A DNA stretch of 25,307 nt from a virus (taxonomy: Duplodnaviria > Caudoviricetes), in the IMG/VR virus record IMGVR_UViG_3300020593_000066, positions 1-25,307 of that record; one strand, given 5' to 3'. This document shows, one piece after another, positions 1-9,535 of the stretch. The notes beneath the pieces are model-generated. The model ran no database searches. It was given only the letters and a program-made list of their open reading frames with translations, and was not told where the DNA came from. A program made the translations under genes and the position numbers. The number at the start of each line of letters is the position of its first letter. The first letter of the stretch is position 1.

Positions 1-376
1 AGATCGACCAGGTTCACGGCGCTCCCGGCCACCCGCAGACGCAAGGGAAAATCGAACGCTGGCACCAGACGCTGAAGAACCGCATCCTGCTTGAAAACTA
101 CTTCTTCAAGGAGGACCTCGAAGCCCAGATTGCAGCCTTCGTCGAGCATTACAATCATCGCCGTTACCATGAGAGCCTCGACAATCTCACTCCCGCCGAC
201 GTCTACTTCGGACGCGCACAGACCATCCTGCTCGAACGCGAAAGGATCAAACGAGACACGATCAGAAAACGCCGCTTGAACCACCAAGCCAAAGCCGCTT
301 AAATCAAACCCCAAACCGAGCCGGAAACTCCAATCTTCAAAAACACAAATAGTCTCAAATCATTCGACGACGGACA
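1..376 (+). mobile_element. Right end of an IS3-family insertion sequence; right inverted repeat at about 351-376
   Basis: The transposase is followed by AGTCTCAAATCATTCGACGACGGACA, which ends in the CA-3' typical of IS3 ends. The left IR and target duplication are outside the window. Confidence 0.75.
3..302 (+). CDS. IS3-family transposase, C-terminal part of the integrase core (5'-truncated by the window edge)
   Basis: My translation (not in the ORF track) reads IDQVHGAPGHPQTQGKIERWHQTLKNRILLENY...YNHRRYHESLDNLTPADVYFG...*. The P-x-T-Q-G-K-I-E-R and YN-x-x-R-x-H-x-S-L motifs are typical of rve/DDE transposases. The TAA stop is at 300-302. Confidence 0.92.
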   Translation: MDQVHGAPGHPQTQGKIERWHQTLKNRILLENYFFKEDLEAQIAAFVEHYNHRRYHESLDNLTPADVYFGRAQTILLERERIKRDTIRKRRLNHQAKAA

Positions 377-495
377 CTGAGCGCTGCGCTGCCTTGTCTT
401 GAACAGAGAAGTTCTGCGATGGCGAGGATTCACTTGCGAATACGAAGGCATGCTGGCGCGATGTGGGGCATACTTCGAGCAAGTTTGTCGAACAG

Positions 496-511
496 CCCTC
501 TCCCTCCGCCA
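496..511 (+). repeat. att core: 3' fragment of a tRNA (Ser-type)
   Basis: CCCTC-TCCCTCC-G-CCA parses as T-stem 3' strand, acceptor-stem 3' strand, discriminator G and CCA. No T-loop (GTTCGAAT) or 5' tRNA half precedes it. Confidence 0.75.
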
Positions 512-537
512 CTTGCCCCTGCGAAAGCGTTCTCCCG

Positions 538-569
538 ATCCGGTTGCGGCCGGATTTTTTCGTTGTTTT
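538..569 (+). terminator. Intrinsic terminator just downstream of the tRNA 3' fragment
   Basis: Hairpin ATCCGGT-TGCG-GCCGGAT followed by TTTTTCGTTGTTTT. Confidence 0.6.
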
Positions 570-843
570 CGAGGGTTATGCGCGAGGGGCTGAACACTAC
601 ACTTGCAGCCAGGTGGCCCGGAAGCGGTCTCTCAGGGCCGATATTCTCCGGACCTCATGACTGCGGCAATTTGGTGAACAGCTTGCAAGCTTCAGAAACT
701 GTGGAGCTTTTTCGAGTCAATGGCTGAGCACTTCGACGCCAGGGGCGTTGGGCAGACGGGACCGGGATCGAACACGCAAGAGCCGATATCCTGCGTTCTG
801 GGATGCACGCCAACAGAGCGACGCTCTGACTGCGGCACAAATG

Positions 844-1572
844 CTATGTGCTCCAATCCTCATGCGCCAGGGGCTCCGTGTTGAGCTCGTCACGAACGAT
901 CCGCCAATGCGGAAGCATCCGGTCCAGAAGGGCCACGAACTGCTCTGTGTGGTTGCGCTCAAAAAAATGGGCCAGCTCATGGACGATCACGTATTCGAGA
1001 CACTGCGGCGGCTTCTTGATCAGTTCGAGGTTCAACCAGACTCGACGTGCTTCGATATTGCAGGTGCCCCATTTGGTCTTCATCCGCTTGATGCCCCAGT
1101 TCGGCGTTGTGATACCGTATTCCGCCGCCCAGCGCTCCATTAGGGGTCGCGCTCGCGCACGAAGCTCTCGCCGGTACCAATTGAGGAACACCCGTTCTCG
1201 AATGGCCAGATCACTGTCATCGCGCACATGGAGATCGATTGTCTTGCTGTTGCGAATCCGAACCTGCCCAGCCCTGGCTCCCCCGATCAGGTTCAGTCGA
1301 TACCGTTGGCCCAGGAAGAAGTGGGTTTCACCTGATATATAGCGTCGCTCGGACTGGCGCGGCTGCGCCGCAAACTTGGCCTGCTGGCGCTTGATCCAGG
1401 CAAGGCGGGTGACAACAGCGAGCCGCACGGCCTCGTCGCCCATCTCTAGCGGCGCTGCAACACGGACCCGTCCGTGTGGCGGGTAGACCCCAAGGTGCAA
1501 GTTCTTGATCGGCTTGCGAACCACCTCCACCTCGAAGCCTCCCACGGACAGCTGGGCGGCGTCAGTACTCAT
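844..1572 (-). CDS. M48/YgjP (DUF45)-like zinc metallohydrolase associated with type I RM
   Basis: Has MKTKWGTCN and YVIVHELAH (HExxH) motifs and sits in the usual position after hsdR. The ATG at 1572 overlaps the hsdR 3' end. Confidence 0.9.
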   Translation of the reverse strand: MSTDAAQLSVGGFEVEVVRKPIKNLHLGVYPPHGRVRVAAPLEMGDEAVRLAVVTRLAWIKRQQAKFAAQPRQSERRYISGETHFFLGQRYRLNLIGGARAGQVRIRNSKTIDLHVRDDSDLAIRERVFLNWYRRELRARARPLMERWAAEYGITTPNWGIKRMKTKWGTCNIEARRVWLNLELIKKPPQCLEYVIVHELAHFFERNHTEQFVALLDRMLPHWRIVRDELNTEPLAHEDWST

Positions 1573-4500
1573 CCTGACTCCACACCAGTTCAAAGATCAC
1601 GTCGAGCTGCCCAGGGTCAGCTATGTGCTTCTTGATCGCGTTCCGCACCTCCTTTTCCTTGAACTTGTTGCCCCGCCACGAGTCCTTTTTGGTGAGGCGA
1701 ATTTCTTCGTCGATCGCCAAAGCCAGGGCCTCGTCTCCATCAAGATTATCGAAAAGCGCGCGCTTCGCCTTCGAATTCAGCGCGGCTGGATACGAGGCGG
1801 CCGTTTCGGCGCCTTGCGCTTTCTTCGTGAGATCGACAATTTGCGCGAGGTATTCTTGATAACTCAGTGCGTCCCGCTTGCGCTGCTCGATCAGGGCATC
1901 CAGGAGTTCGGACATCTTCTCATAGTATTTCGGATTGATCGGCGTCTCGTCGATGATCAGCTTCCGGACGTTGTTCTCGATCGTCTCCGCCACGGCTTCT
2001 GTGCTCTGACGAATGCCCTGGGGCAAGGCGTTGACCGCATCCGTCCCCCTCTCAACGATAAGCTGGATCAGCGAAACATCGTCAAAGGCCGAGATCACTT
2101 CGCTTTCTTCGGCGCGGATATAGGTGTCGATCAGGTGCCGCATCGCCGGCTCGTACATCTTCAGATCGATATAGTCACCGCTCGACAGCTTCACCTCATT
2201 CCGCACCTTCTCGAAGTGATCGACATCCGCCTTGATACTGGCGACCTCGACCTCGGAGTAGCCGGCCTCGCTCATCTCGTTTGCCACATCGGCGTAGGCG
2301 CGCAACAACGAGGCCACCAGCCGATAGAGGGTTAGCCGCTTCGGCTCATTCTCCTTCAGCGCCTCCTTGTCGGCCGTGTCCTTTGCACAGAAGAAGCGCT
2401 GGTAGGCGAGGGTATCGCGAGGCGGCTCGACCGGTTCACAGAGAGCCCGGACAGCTTCCAAGGCCTCGTCCAGCTTATCGCGCGCCTTTTCAAGCCGATC
2501 CGAAAGCAGGCCCGCTACATCCGCCTTGTCATAACCATCGAAGACCTCGGCCGTGTAGTCCTTGATCGAGGTCTCAAGGCTCTTGAAGAGGTCCTTGTAG
2601 TCGATGATGTAGCCGTATTCCTTGTCGTCTCCGTCCAGCCGGTTCACCCGGCAGATCGCCTGGAACAGGCCGTGGTCCTGCATCTTCTTGTCGATGTAGA
2701 GATACGTGGCCGAGGGGGCGTCAAAGCCGGTCAGCAGCTTGTCCACGACGATCAGCAGTTTCATCTGCCCTGGCTCATCGATGAACTTCCGCTTCGCCTC
2801 CTTCTCGAATGCCTCGGGCTCCTTGCCCCCCAACATCTTGTTGTAGATATCGTATTGTCGCAGGCGTTCCGTCAGCCCCTCGCCGCTTTCCTCGCCCTTT
2901 ATGTCGTTCGGCGACGGTTTGTAGGAGGTGACGATCGCGCACTTGCACGCCAGATCGGTCTTGTCGAACAGCTCAAAGAACTTGCACGCCTGATAGATGC
3001 TCGACGACACGAGCATGGCGTTGCCGCGGCCGCTTTGAAGCCGGTCCCGGGTCTCCATGTCCATCAGGATATCGGCCACGATCTTTTCCAGCCGCGACTG
3101 GCTGGACAGCACCTTCTGTAACGTGCCCCAGCGCTTCTTCAGCTGTGCCTTGGCCATATCGGTCAGGCCCTTGGTCTTGGCCTCGAACCATTTGTCGATC
3201 TTCGCCTGCGACGTGATGTTTTGATCGATATCCCGGGCCTCATAGCGCAGGTCAAGGACCACACCGTCCGACACCGCCTCGTCGAACTTGTAGGTATGGA
3301 TATATGGGCCGAACACTTCGAGGCTGGTCTGCTTGTCAGCCTTCAGCAGCGGCGTTCCGGTGAAGCCAATGAACATCGCGCTGGGCAGAATCGCCTTCAT
3401 CGCCTTGTGCAGATCGCCGCTCTGCGTGCGGTGGCACTCGTCAACGAAGACGAAGATGTCGCCCTTGGCCCGGAAATCCTTGGGCAGCGCGCTCTTCAAA
3501 TCCTCGACGTAACCTTCGACATCCGCGTCGCTGTCCTCCTTGCCGCCAAACTTGTGGATCAGCGAGCACAGCAGCCATGGGTTCGTGTCGTTCAGCCGGG
3601 CGATCAGATCGGCGCCGGATTTCGTGCGCAGAATTTCCTCGTTGACCCCGTTGAAGACCTTCTCGATCTGCTCGTCCAACTCAGTGCGATCGGTGATCAC
3701 CACCACCCGGCTGTCAGGCACGTTCTCGCGTATCCATTTGGCCAGCCATACCATCGTCAAGCTCTTGCCCGACCCTTGCGTGTGCCAGATGATCCCGCCT
3801 TCGCGTCGACGGATGTGGTCCTGCGCGGCGCGCACACCGAAATACTGGTTGTGGCGGCAGGTCTTCTTCACGCCGGCGTCGAACACCAGAAAATCGTGGA
3901 TCAGTTCAAGGAACCGTGGCTTGGCACACATCTGGACCAGCGCGCGGTCCAGGGGGTTTTCCGGCCCGCCTTCCTCTTTCCATGTTAGCCAGTACTTCTC
4001 GGGCGTCTCGATGACGCCATAGCGCAGCCCCTCGGTGTCGCTCCCCGCCATGATCAGCTGGATGGTGGTGAAGAACGGCTGGATGAATACCGGTTTCTGG
4101 TTGTCGAGGCTCTGCCGGATGCCTTGGGACACCGATACGGTCGAGCGCTTAAGTTCCAGCACGCCCAGCGCGATCCCGTTGACATAAATCACCACGTCCG
4201 GGCGCTTGCCGAAGGATTTGTCGCCCGCGGGCTTCACCGCGACCTCTTCGGCGATAGCGAAATGGTTGGCCGCAGGCTTCGCCCAATCGATCAGCCAGAC
4301 AGTGCGGGTCTGGTCGCCCACATCGGCCTTCACCTTCACCCCGTAGCGCAGCAGGTCATAGACCGCGCGATTGGTGTCGTAGAGGCTGCGAGACTGGTCG
4401 CTGGCCACCTTCGTCAGCTGCTGGATCGCGCGGGTGATCAGTTCGGGGGGATAACCCTGCCTTTCCAGGAAGGGGCGCAGATACTCGTCCTCAATGTTGC

Positions 4501-4627
4501 GGTTCGGGCGACCGATCTTGTCGGCGCGATCGATCCAGTTGCCGAGGTAGTCATAGCCCAGTGCGTTCCGAAACAGGTCGACAACGCGCTTCTGGGTTCT
4601 TCTCTCGATCTGGCCAACGGTGCTCAT
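1562..4627 (-). CDS. hsdR: Type I restriction endonuclease subunit R
   Basis: 1021 aa with nuclease motif RPDVVIYVNGIALGVLELK, Walker A HTQGSGKS, DECH box, FTGTP, LLTGFDAP and QAICRVNR. Confidence 0.97.
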   Translation of the reverse strand: MSTVGQIERRTQKRVVDLFRNALGYDYLGNWIDRADKIGRPNRNIEDEYLRPFLERQGYPPELITRAIQQLTKVASDQSRSLYDTNRAVYDLLRYGVKVKADVGDQTRTVWLIDWAKPAANHFAIAEEVAVKPAGDKSFGKRPDVVIYVNGIALGVLELKRSTVSVSQGIRQSLDNQKPVFIQPFFTTIQLIMAGSDTEGLRYGVIETPEKYWLTWKEEGGPENPLDRALVQMCAKPRFLELIHDFLVFDAGVKKTCRHNQYFGVRAAQDHIRRREGGIIWHTQGSGKSLTMVWLAKWIRENVPDSRVVVITDRTELDEQIEKVFNGVNEEILRTKSGADLIARLNDTNPWLLCSLIHKFGGKEDSDADVEGYVEDLKSALPKDFRAKGDIFVFVDECHRTQSGDLHKAMKAILPSAMFIGFTGTPLLKADKQTSLEVFGPYIHTYKFDEAVSDGVVLDLRYEARDIDQNITSQAKIDKWFEAKTKGLTDMAKAQLKKRWGTLQKVLSSQSRLEKIVADILMDMETRDRLQSGRGNAMLVSSSIYQACKFFELFDKTDLACKCAIVTSYKPSPNDIKGEESGEGLTERLRQYDIYNKMLGGKEPEAFEKEAKRKFIDEPGQMKLLIVVDKLLTGFDAPSATYLYIDKKMQDHGLFQAICRVNRLDGDDKEYGYIIDYKDLFKSLETSIKDYTAEVFDGYDKADVAGLLSDRLEKARDKLDEALEAVRALCEPVEPPRDTLAYQRFFCAKDTADKEALKENEPKRLTLYRLVASLLRAYADVANEMSEAGYSEVEVASIKADVDHFEKVRNEVKLSSGDYIDLKMYEPAMRHLIDTYIRAEESEVISAFDDVSLIQLIVERGTDAVNALPQGIRQSTEAVAETIENNVRKLIIDETPINPKYYEKMSELLDALIEQRKRDALSYQEYLAQIVDLTKKAQGAETAASYPAALNSKAKRALFDNLDGDEALALAIDEEIRLTKKDSWRGNKFKEKEVRNAIKKHIADPGQLDVIFELVWSQDEY

Positions 4628-4633
4628 CGTGAA

Positions 4634-5374
4634 CTATGCCTCAACAAAAACGCGGCGCGGCGCCCAGATCCAGCCTTCCGATGCCGGGGTGTCATCGGTC
4701 GGGGGTTCAAGGCGCTCGCGGTTCAAATGGAAGTCTCGGGCGATGCGGGCGCAGGCCTCGGCATCATGGATGTCTGCTTCGCGGCCGGTCTTCGGGATCG
4801 GTTCAGTTCCAACCTGCGGCCCGAGGCGGGCGCGGCAGAGCGACGGATAGGTTTCGATCACGGTCAGATGCGCGCCATCTGTCCAGATGCCGGTAGACAG
4901 GCGTTGTGGGGCAAAGCGGGCGACCACGTGCATCGCCTTCGTCGCCTGGCTGCCGATCATGTCCTTGATCGCCGACAGCGGCGTCACCCCTTCGGCCACC
5001 AGCCGCCGCTCTGTGTGCCGGAAAAGATAGGGGTTCGCTGCCGACCGACCGATCTGATCGACCGGGGTGCCATCCGCGATCATGCGGGCGAAGGCCTCGG
5101 GGAAACCGAGTGGCGCGTCGATGGCGAGCGTGGCACGCCAGGACTGGTCGGGCTTGTCCAGCTTGCAGAGCGCGAGCAGCGCGGCGAGGAAGTCTGCGGG
5201 CGTGGTTGCGCTGTTGATCGTCTCGCGCAGATTGCCGCGCCAGGGCTGGCAGAGGGTCTGACCCGCGTGATCCAGCACGACCAGCGCGTCGCGGCTGTTC
5301 GGATTCTTGTCGCAGTTCCAGCCGCCGACATCCCAGCCGATGAACAGACGCTCGTGATGGTCGTTACTCACCAT
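4634..5374 (-). CDS. DUF429-like predicted nuclease (RNase H-like fold)
   Basis: 246 aa with FIGWDVGGW, AIDAPLGFP, FRHTER, IETYP and a C-terminal EGWIW, the pattern I recognise for DUF429. A GAGG RBS lies upstream. Confidence 0.78.
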   Translation of the reverse strand: MVSNDHHERLFIGWDVGGWNCDKNPNSRDALVVLDHAGQTLCQPWRGNLRETINSATTPADFLAALLALCKLDKPDQSWRATLAIDAPLGFPEAFARMIADGTPVDQIGRSAANPYLFRHTERRLVAEGVTPLSAIKDMIGSQATKAMHVVARFAPQRLSTGIWTDGAHLTVIETYPSLCRARLGPQVGTEPIPKTGREADIHDAEACARIARDFHLNRERLEPPTDDTPASEGWIWAPRRVFVEA

Positions 5375-5382
5375 TCAGCGCC

Positions 5383-5796
5383 TCACGAATTCATCAAGTC
5401 GACCGCGGCGACGATCTTGGAGATCTGCAGCGATGCCGATGTCCTCTCAGGGCCGACTGCGAAAACGAAGTCAGCCGGATAGTCCTTCGGCAACCAGTCG
5501 AGTTCATCGTTTTCCGCCAGCTCGACGTCGATCCACCGCCCGTCGTCTGAAAGCGCCGTAACCCGCTTAATCACGACCATCTTTCCGGCCTCTGTCAGCA
5601 GCCCGAAGGTCCAATGATCGGTCATCATTCTGGATGTGTACCAGGCTGGCAGAACCTCAGCGGCCGCGCCCGCGTCGGTTAGCATGGCGATCTTCTTCCG
5701 CGTGTTCTGCCACTCCCGCCAAGAGAAGTAGGCGGCCGCCCAGCCGGAGAGACCTCCGAAGACAACCAGCGCATCGACGACCCAACCGAAGCTCAT
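5383..5796 (-). CDS. Hypothetical protein with one N-terminal hydrophobic (membrane-anchor-like) segment
   Basis: 137 aa. ATGA overlap with the hsdS stop and an 8-nt gap to the next gene. Residues ~3-26 are hydrophobic and followed by basic residues (RKK). Confidence 0.8.
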   Translation of the reverse strand: MSFGWVVDALVVFGGLSGWAAAYFSWREWQNTRKKIAMLTDAGAAAEVLPAWYTSRMMTDHWTFGLLTEAGKMVVIKRVTALSDDGRWIDVELAENDELDWLPKDYPADFVFAVGPERTSASLQISKIVAAVDLMNS

Positions 5797-7067
5797 ACCA
5801 GCCGCACCTTACCGGTCAGCAGATTCTGCATCATGCCCTGCTTGATGGTGTGGGCCTTTTCGACCTCGGCTTCCAGCGCGGCGAGTTCTGCGTCCATGTC
5901 GGAGAGGATTTCGGCAATTGCGGTTTGCTCGACAATCTCGGGAAACAAGCCTTCAATTTTTACAAGTGTGGGCGGCCGAACTTCGAAGATGGTGCTGCCC
6001 TGTGCTTTTGACAAAAGTAACGGTCTGTTCAACGAAAACCAGTATTTCATAAATTGAACATGAGCCGAGCGAGGATCAAAGACGATGCCACAAATTCCCT
6101 GCTTTGTGGCAACTGGAATTCGGGCAACTCCAACCTCGCCAATAGTTGCACCCGTCGACAGTATCAAAGTGCCTGCAGGCCAAAGCTTCGCTGAGCAGCG
6201 AGCGAGCCCGGCCTCCGAGAGTGAATTCTTCGTTGTCCAGATTTCGGGCTTTATGTCGTCGATCACCACCCAGTGAACCCCACCGCCAAAATTCTGGAGA
6301 TTCGATGTCGCTGGGGTACCTCCATCACCAATCGCGCTTATCAAGTCCCCCAGCGGCTTCACCTCCCACTCGCCCGAGAAGCCCGGCAGGCGGGTTTTGC
6401 CGGTGAGGAGCTGTTGCATGGCGGCCTGCTTAATGTCGCGCTTCTTGGCAATCAGCGCCTCCAACGCCGCAATCCGCGCATCCGCATCCGAGAGCGCGTC
6501 TGCGATGGCGTTTTGTTCAACGATCCTCCTCGGCAAGACAACGCGGAGCATCCGCTGGGCCGTGATCCCAATATAGCTTCGAGTTCCGCCACCCGACAGT
6601 AGTTTAAGGTGCTCTTGGAAAATGCTACCGTTAAAGTAGTGGAAGAGATAATCGCGACTGATCTTTTCAGGCATCCGAACGCGATAGAAGGTAACTTGAG
6701 GTGTCAGCATAATGTAGTCGAAGGGAATTTTCCCTACGATCGCTGTTTCCCCAATAGTTGCCTTGTGCGTTAAAAGAATGTCTCCACTTCGCGCAAAACC
6801 TTTCTGGAGGCTGTCAGCCTGCTTCCGCGATATGTGAGGGCACGTATCTAGGTCCAGCACCCCCTGATACACATGATTTGCCATTACAAATGGCACCCCA
6901 AAGTCCACGAAATCAGAAGACTTCGGATGTATTGCACCGTGGTTGCCATCCATAGGTTTCTCGATGACTCCTGACATAACTAAGTCATCAACCAACAATA
7001 CATCCCAATCCTCGGGGACCAGTCCGATGTCGGTCTGCTTGTAGCCCGGCCTGATCTTCTCCTGCAT
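5793..7067 (-). CDS. hsdS: Type I RM specificity subunit S
   Basis: Starts MQEKIRPGYKQTDIGLVPEDW (alternative GTG at 7073 overlaps the hsdM stop). Two TRDs, each followed by the conserved EQxAIAxxLSDxD...KQxxMQxLLTGKxRL helix. Confidence 0.95.
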   Translation of the reverse strand: MQEKIRPGYKQTDIGLVPEDWDVLLVDDLVMSGVIEKPMDGNHGAIHPKSSDFVDFGVPFVMANHVYQGVLDLDTCPHISRKQADSLQKGFARSGDILLTHKATIGETAIVGKIPFDYIMLTPQVTFYRVRMPEKISRDYLFHYFNGSIFQEHLKLLSGGGTRSYIGITAQRMLRVVLPRRIVEQNAIADALSDADARIAALEALIAKKRDIKQAAMQQLLTGKTRLPGFSGEWEVKPLGDLISAIGDGGTPATSNLQNFGGGVHWVVIDDIKPEIWTTKNSLSEAGLARCSAKLWPAGTLILSTGATIGEVGVARIPVATKQGICGIVFDPRSAHVQFMKYWFSLNRPLLLSKAQGSTIFEVRPPTLVKIEGLFPEIVEQTAIAEILSDMDAELAALEAEVEKAHTIKQGMMQNLLTGKVRLV

Positions 7068-7069
7068 CG

Positions 7070-9523
7070 TCACGCGGCGAACCCCATCCGTTTCAGATGC
7101 CCGGCGACCTTCGCGCCCAGCGCCTGCGCGCGATCCTCCAGCACCAGCAACGGCGCGGCATAGCGTTCGGTCAGCAGCTTCACCCGCCCGGCCAGCGCCT
7201 GGCTGACGCGATCGACCTCGGCCGCCACATCGCCCTGCACCCGGGCCAGCCACTTGTCCTTGACGATCAGCGCCTTCACCTGATCCTCGGTCAGCTTGGC
7301 GTAGTGCCTGACCGTGGCCTCATCCAGCGCCGCCTGCGCCTCCTTCATCGCCTTGGCCGCGGCCGCCTCGGTCTCGATCAGCCGCAGCGCCTGCTTGAGC
7401 ATGGCGATCTCCTCGGCCGCATCGCGGTCGTGACGGATGTCCTTGATCCGGTCCTTGATCGACTTCGCGGTTAGCTTGCCTTTTTCCGTCTTGGCGTCGG
7501 CCAGCAGCCCATCCTCGCCGCCCTGCTCCTCGTCCAATTCCTCTATCGCGCGGGCAGCCTCCTCGGCCTTGGCTTCCAGCGCCTCCAACGCGGCCTTTTC
7601 GGCCGCGAAGAACCGGTCCACGATCAGCGCGGGCGGGATCAGTTCGGCCTTCAGCTTGCGCCGGCCCAGCGTGATGTCGGGCGTCTCGGTGAACTTGCCC
7701 TCGGCGTTCTTGACCAGTTCGCGGATCACACGCCCGGCCTTCCAGCCATCCTGCACGAGGATATAGACATCGTCCTGCATGACCTCAGACCAGTAGGTCA
7801 TGAGGTGCTGATACACGTCATAGCCATCGATCAGCGGCACGGGCTTGAAGCGGTCCAGCAGATCCTCGGAGATCACGTGGATCAAGTCCTTCGGCTTGTC
7901 GCCGATTGCGATACCCCGCAGCCGGTCGATATGCGCCGCGCGCCAGGCGTCGAACACCGCGGTGACGGTATCGGCATAGGCGGCGAATTCGGCATGGTTC
8001 ATGATCGCGGGCTTGACCTCGGCTGCCTCGACCTTGGGCGTCAGATAGCCGGGCCGGTCACCGGGGGCGAAGATGTCGTGGCGCACGGCGGGCATGACCT
8101 GCCAAAAGCCCTCCAGTGCATCGACATCGCGCACCGGGATGCCGCCCTTCAAGTGCGCCTCGATATCCTGAAGGTCCTCCGGTTCTGAGGCGTCGATGTA
8201 GCGGGGAATGTTGAGGTTGAAGTCGTTCTTCTCGATCTCAGCCAGCGGGACCATCCGCGAGTATTTGTCGATCTGCGTCTGCTTGGTGAAGGCGTCGACG
8301 ATCTTGTGGATGTCCTGGCTGCGCAGGCGGTTCTTGTTGCCGTCTTTCACGAATCCCTTGGAGGCGTCGATCATGAAGATGCCGGTGCGGGCCTGGGCAT
8401 GCTCCTTGTCCAGCACCACGATGCAGGCAGGAATGCCAGTACCGTAGAACAGGTTGGCCGGCAGGCCGATGATCCCCTTGATGTAGCCGCGCTTGACGAT
8501 CCAGCGGCGCAGCGTGGACTCGGCGTTGCCGCGGAAGAGGACGCCGTGGGGCAGAATGACGGCGCCCTTGCCCGTCGATTTCAGAGAGGCGATCACGTGG
8601 AGAAGATAGGCGAAATCGCCGTTCTTCTCGGGCGGGCGCTCGCCTTCGACCATGAAGCGGGCGGTCAGGTTGGTCTTGCTCTCGTCGAACACGCCGGTCG
8701 ACCATGCCTTGTCCGAGAAGGGCGGATTGGCGACCACGTAGTCGAAGGTCTTCAGGCTGCCGTCAGCGTTCAGGAAGTGTGGGGATGAAAGCGTGTTTCC
8801 CTTCCAGATTTCCGCGGTCGGACAATCGTGCAGGACCATGTTCATCTTCGCGAGCGCGCGGGTGGCGACGTCCTTTTCCTGGCCATAGATCGTAAGATCA
8901 TAGGGCGCCTCGTCATGCGCCTTCAAAAGCAGTGAGCCGGAACCGCAAGTGGGATCGTAGATCGTCTGGTCGGCGCTGCGCGCGGCACCGATCCCGATCA
9001 CCTTGGCCATGATCCGCGACACCTCGGACGGGGTGTAGAACTGCCCCTTGCTCTTGCCCGACTCGGTGGCGAAATGGCGCATCAGGTATTCGTAGGCATC
9101 GCCCAGAATATCGTCGCCATCGGCGCGGTTCTTGCGAAAATCCAGCTCCGGGCGATTGAAGATCGCGACAAGGTTTGAGAGGCGATCAACCATCTCTTTG
9201 CCGGTGCCGAGCTTCTCCGGGTCGTTGAAGTCGGCAACGTCGATCACGCCCTTGAGGTCGTTCGCCTCGGCCAGGTTGGCGATGATGATGTTGATCTTCT
9301 CGCCGATGTCCTTATTGCCGCGCAGCGCGACCATGTCCGCAAAACTGCCGTCTTCGGGGATTTCGATCAGCCCATCCGGGTCCCCGGAATACTTGTCGGA
9401 GACGTACTTCACGAACAGCAATACAAGGACATAATCCTTGTATTGCGAGGCATCCATTCCGCCCCGAAGCGCATCGCAGCTCGCCCAGAGAGAGCTGTAA
9501 ATTTCCGACTTTTTGACTGCCAT
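7070..9523 (-). CDS. hsdM: Type I RM methyltransferase subunit M (m6A) with a long C-terminal helical extension
   Basis: 817 aa with LWASCDALRGGMD, GQFYTP, motif I YDPTCGSGSLL, motif IV NPPF and FNLNIPRYID. Confidence 0.97.
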   Translation of the reverse strand: MAVKKSEIYSSLWASCDALRGGMDASQYKDYVLVLLFVKYVSDKYSGDPDGLIEIPEDGSFADMVALRGNKDIGEKINIIIANLAEANDLKGVIDVADFNDPEKLGTGKEMVDRLSNLVAIFNRPELDFRKNRADGDDILGDAYEYLMRHFATESGKSKGQFYTPSEVSRIMAKVIGIGAARSADQTIYDPTCGSGSLLLKAHDEAPYDLTIYGQEKDVATRALAKMNMVLHDCPTAEIWKGNTLSSPHFLNADGSLKTFDYVVANPPFSDKAWSTGVFDESKTNLTARFMVEGERPPEKNGDFAYLLHVIASLKSTGKGAVILPHGVLFRGNAESTLRRWIVKRGYIKGIIGLPANLFYGTGIPACIVVLDKEHAQARTGIFMIDASKGFVKDGNKNRLRSQDIHKIVDAFTKQTQIDKYSRMVPLAEIEKNDFNLNIPRYIDASEPEDLQDIEAHLKGGIPVRDVDALEGFWQVMPAVRHDIFAPGDRPGYLTPKVEAAEVKPAIMNHAEFAAYADTVTAVFDAWRAAHIDRLRGIAIGDKPKDLIHVISEDLLDRFKPVPLIDGYDVYQHLMTYWSEVMQDDVYILVQDGWKAGRVIRELVKNAEGKFTETPDITLGRRKLKAELIPPALIVDRFFAAEKAALEALEAKAEEAARAIEELDEEQGGEDGLLADAKTEKGKLTAKSIKDRIKDIRHDRDAAEEIAMLKQALRLIETEAAAAKAMKEAQAALDEATVRHYAKLTEDQVKALIVKDKWLARVQGDVAAEVDRVSQALAGRVKLLTERYAAPLLVLEDRAQALGAKVAGHLKRMGFAA

Positions 9524-9535
9524 GTGGTCCTCGTT

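Noticed and set aside
420-511. Intact tRNA gene
   Set aside because: Only the last 16 nt fit. There is no T-loop, anticodon arm or matching 5' acceptor strand.
399-843. Short ORFs between the IS end and the M48 gene
   Set aside because: They overlap the att core and terminator, lack convincing RBSs and have no protein-like features.
7068-7253. N-terminal extensions given by the ORF track for hsdS (also for the recombinase, the SSB-like gene, DUF6362 and HNH)
   Set aside because: They are low-complexity and overlap upstream genes or regulatory DNA. Internal starts give stop/start overlaps or proper family N-termini.
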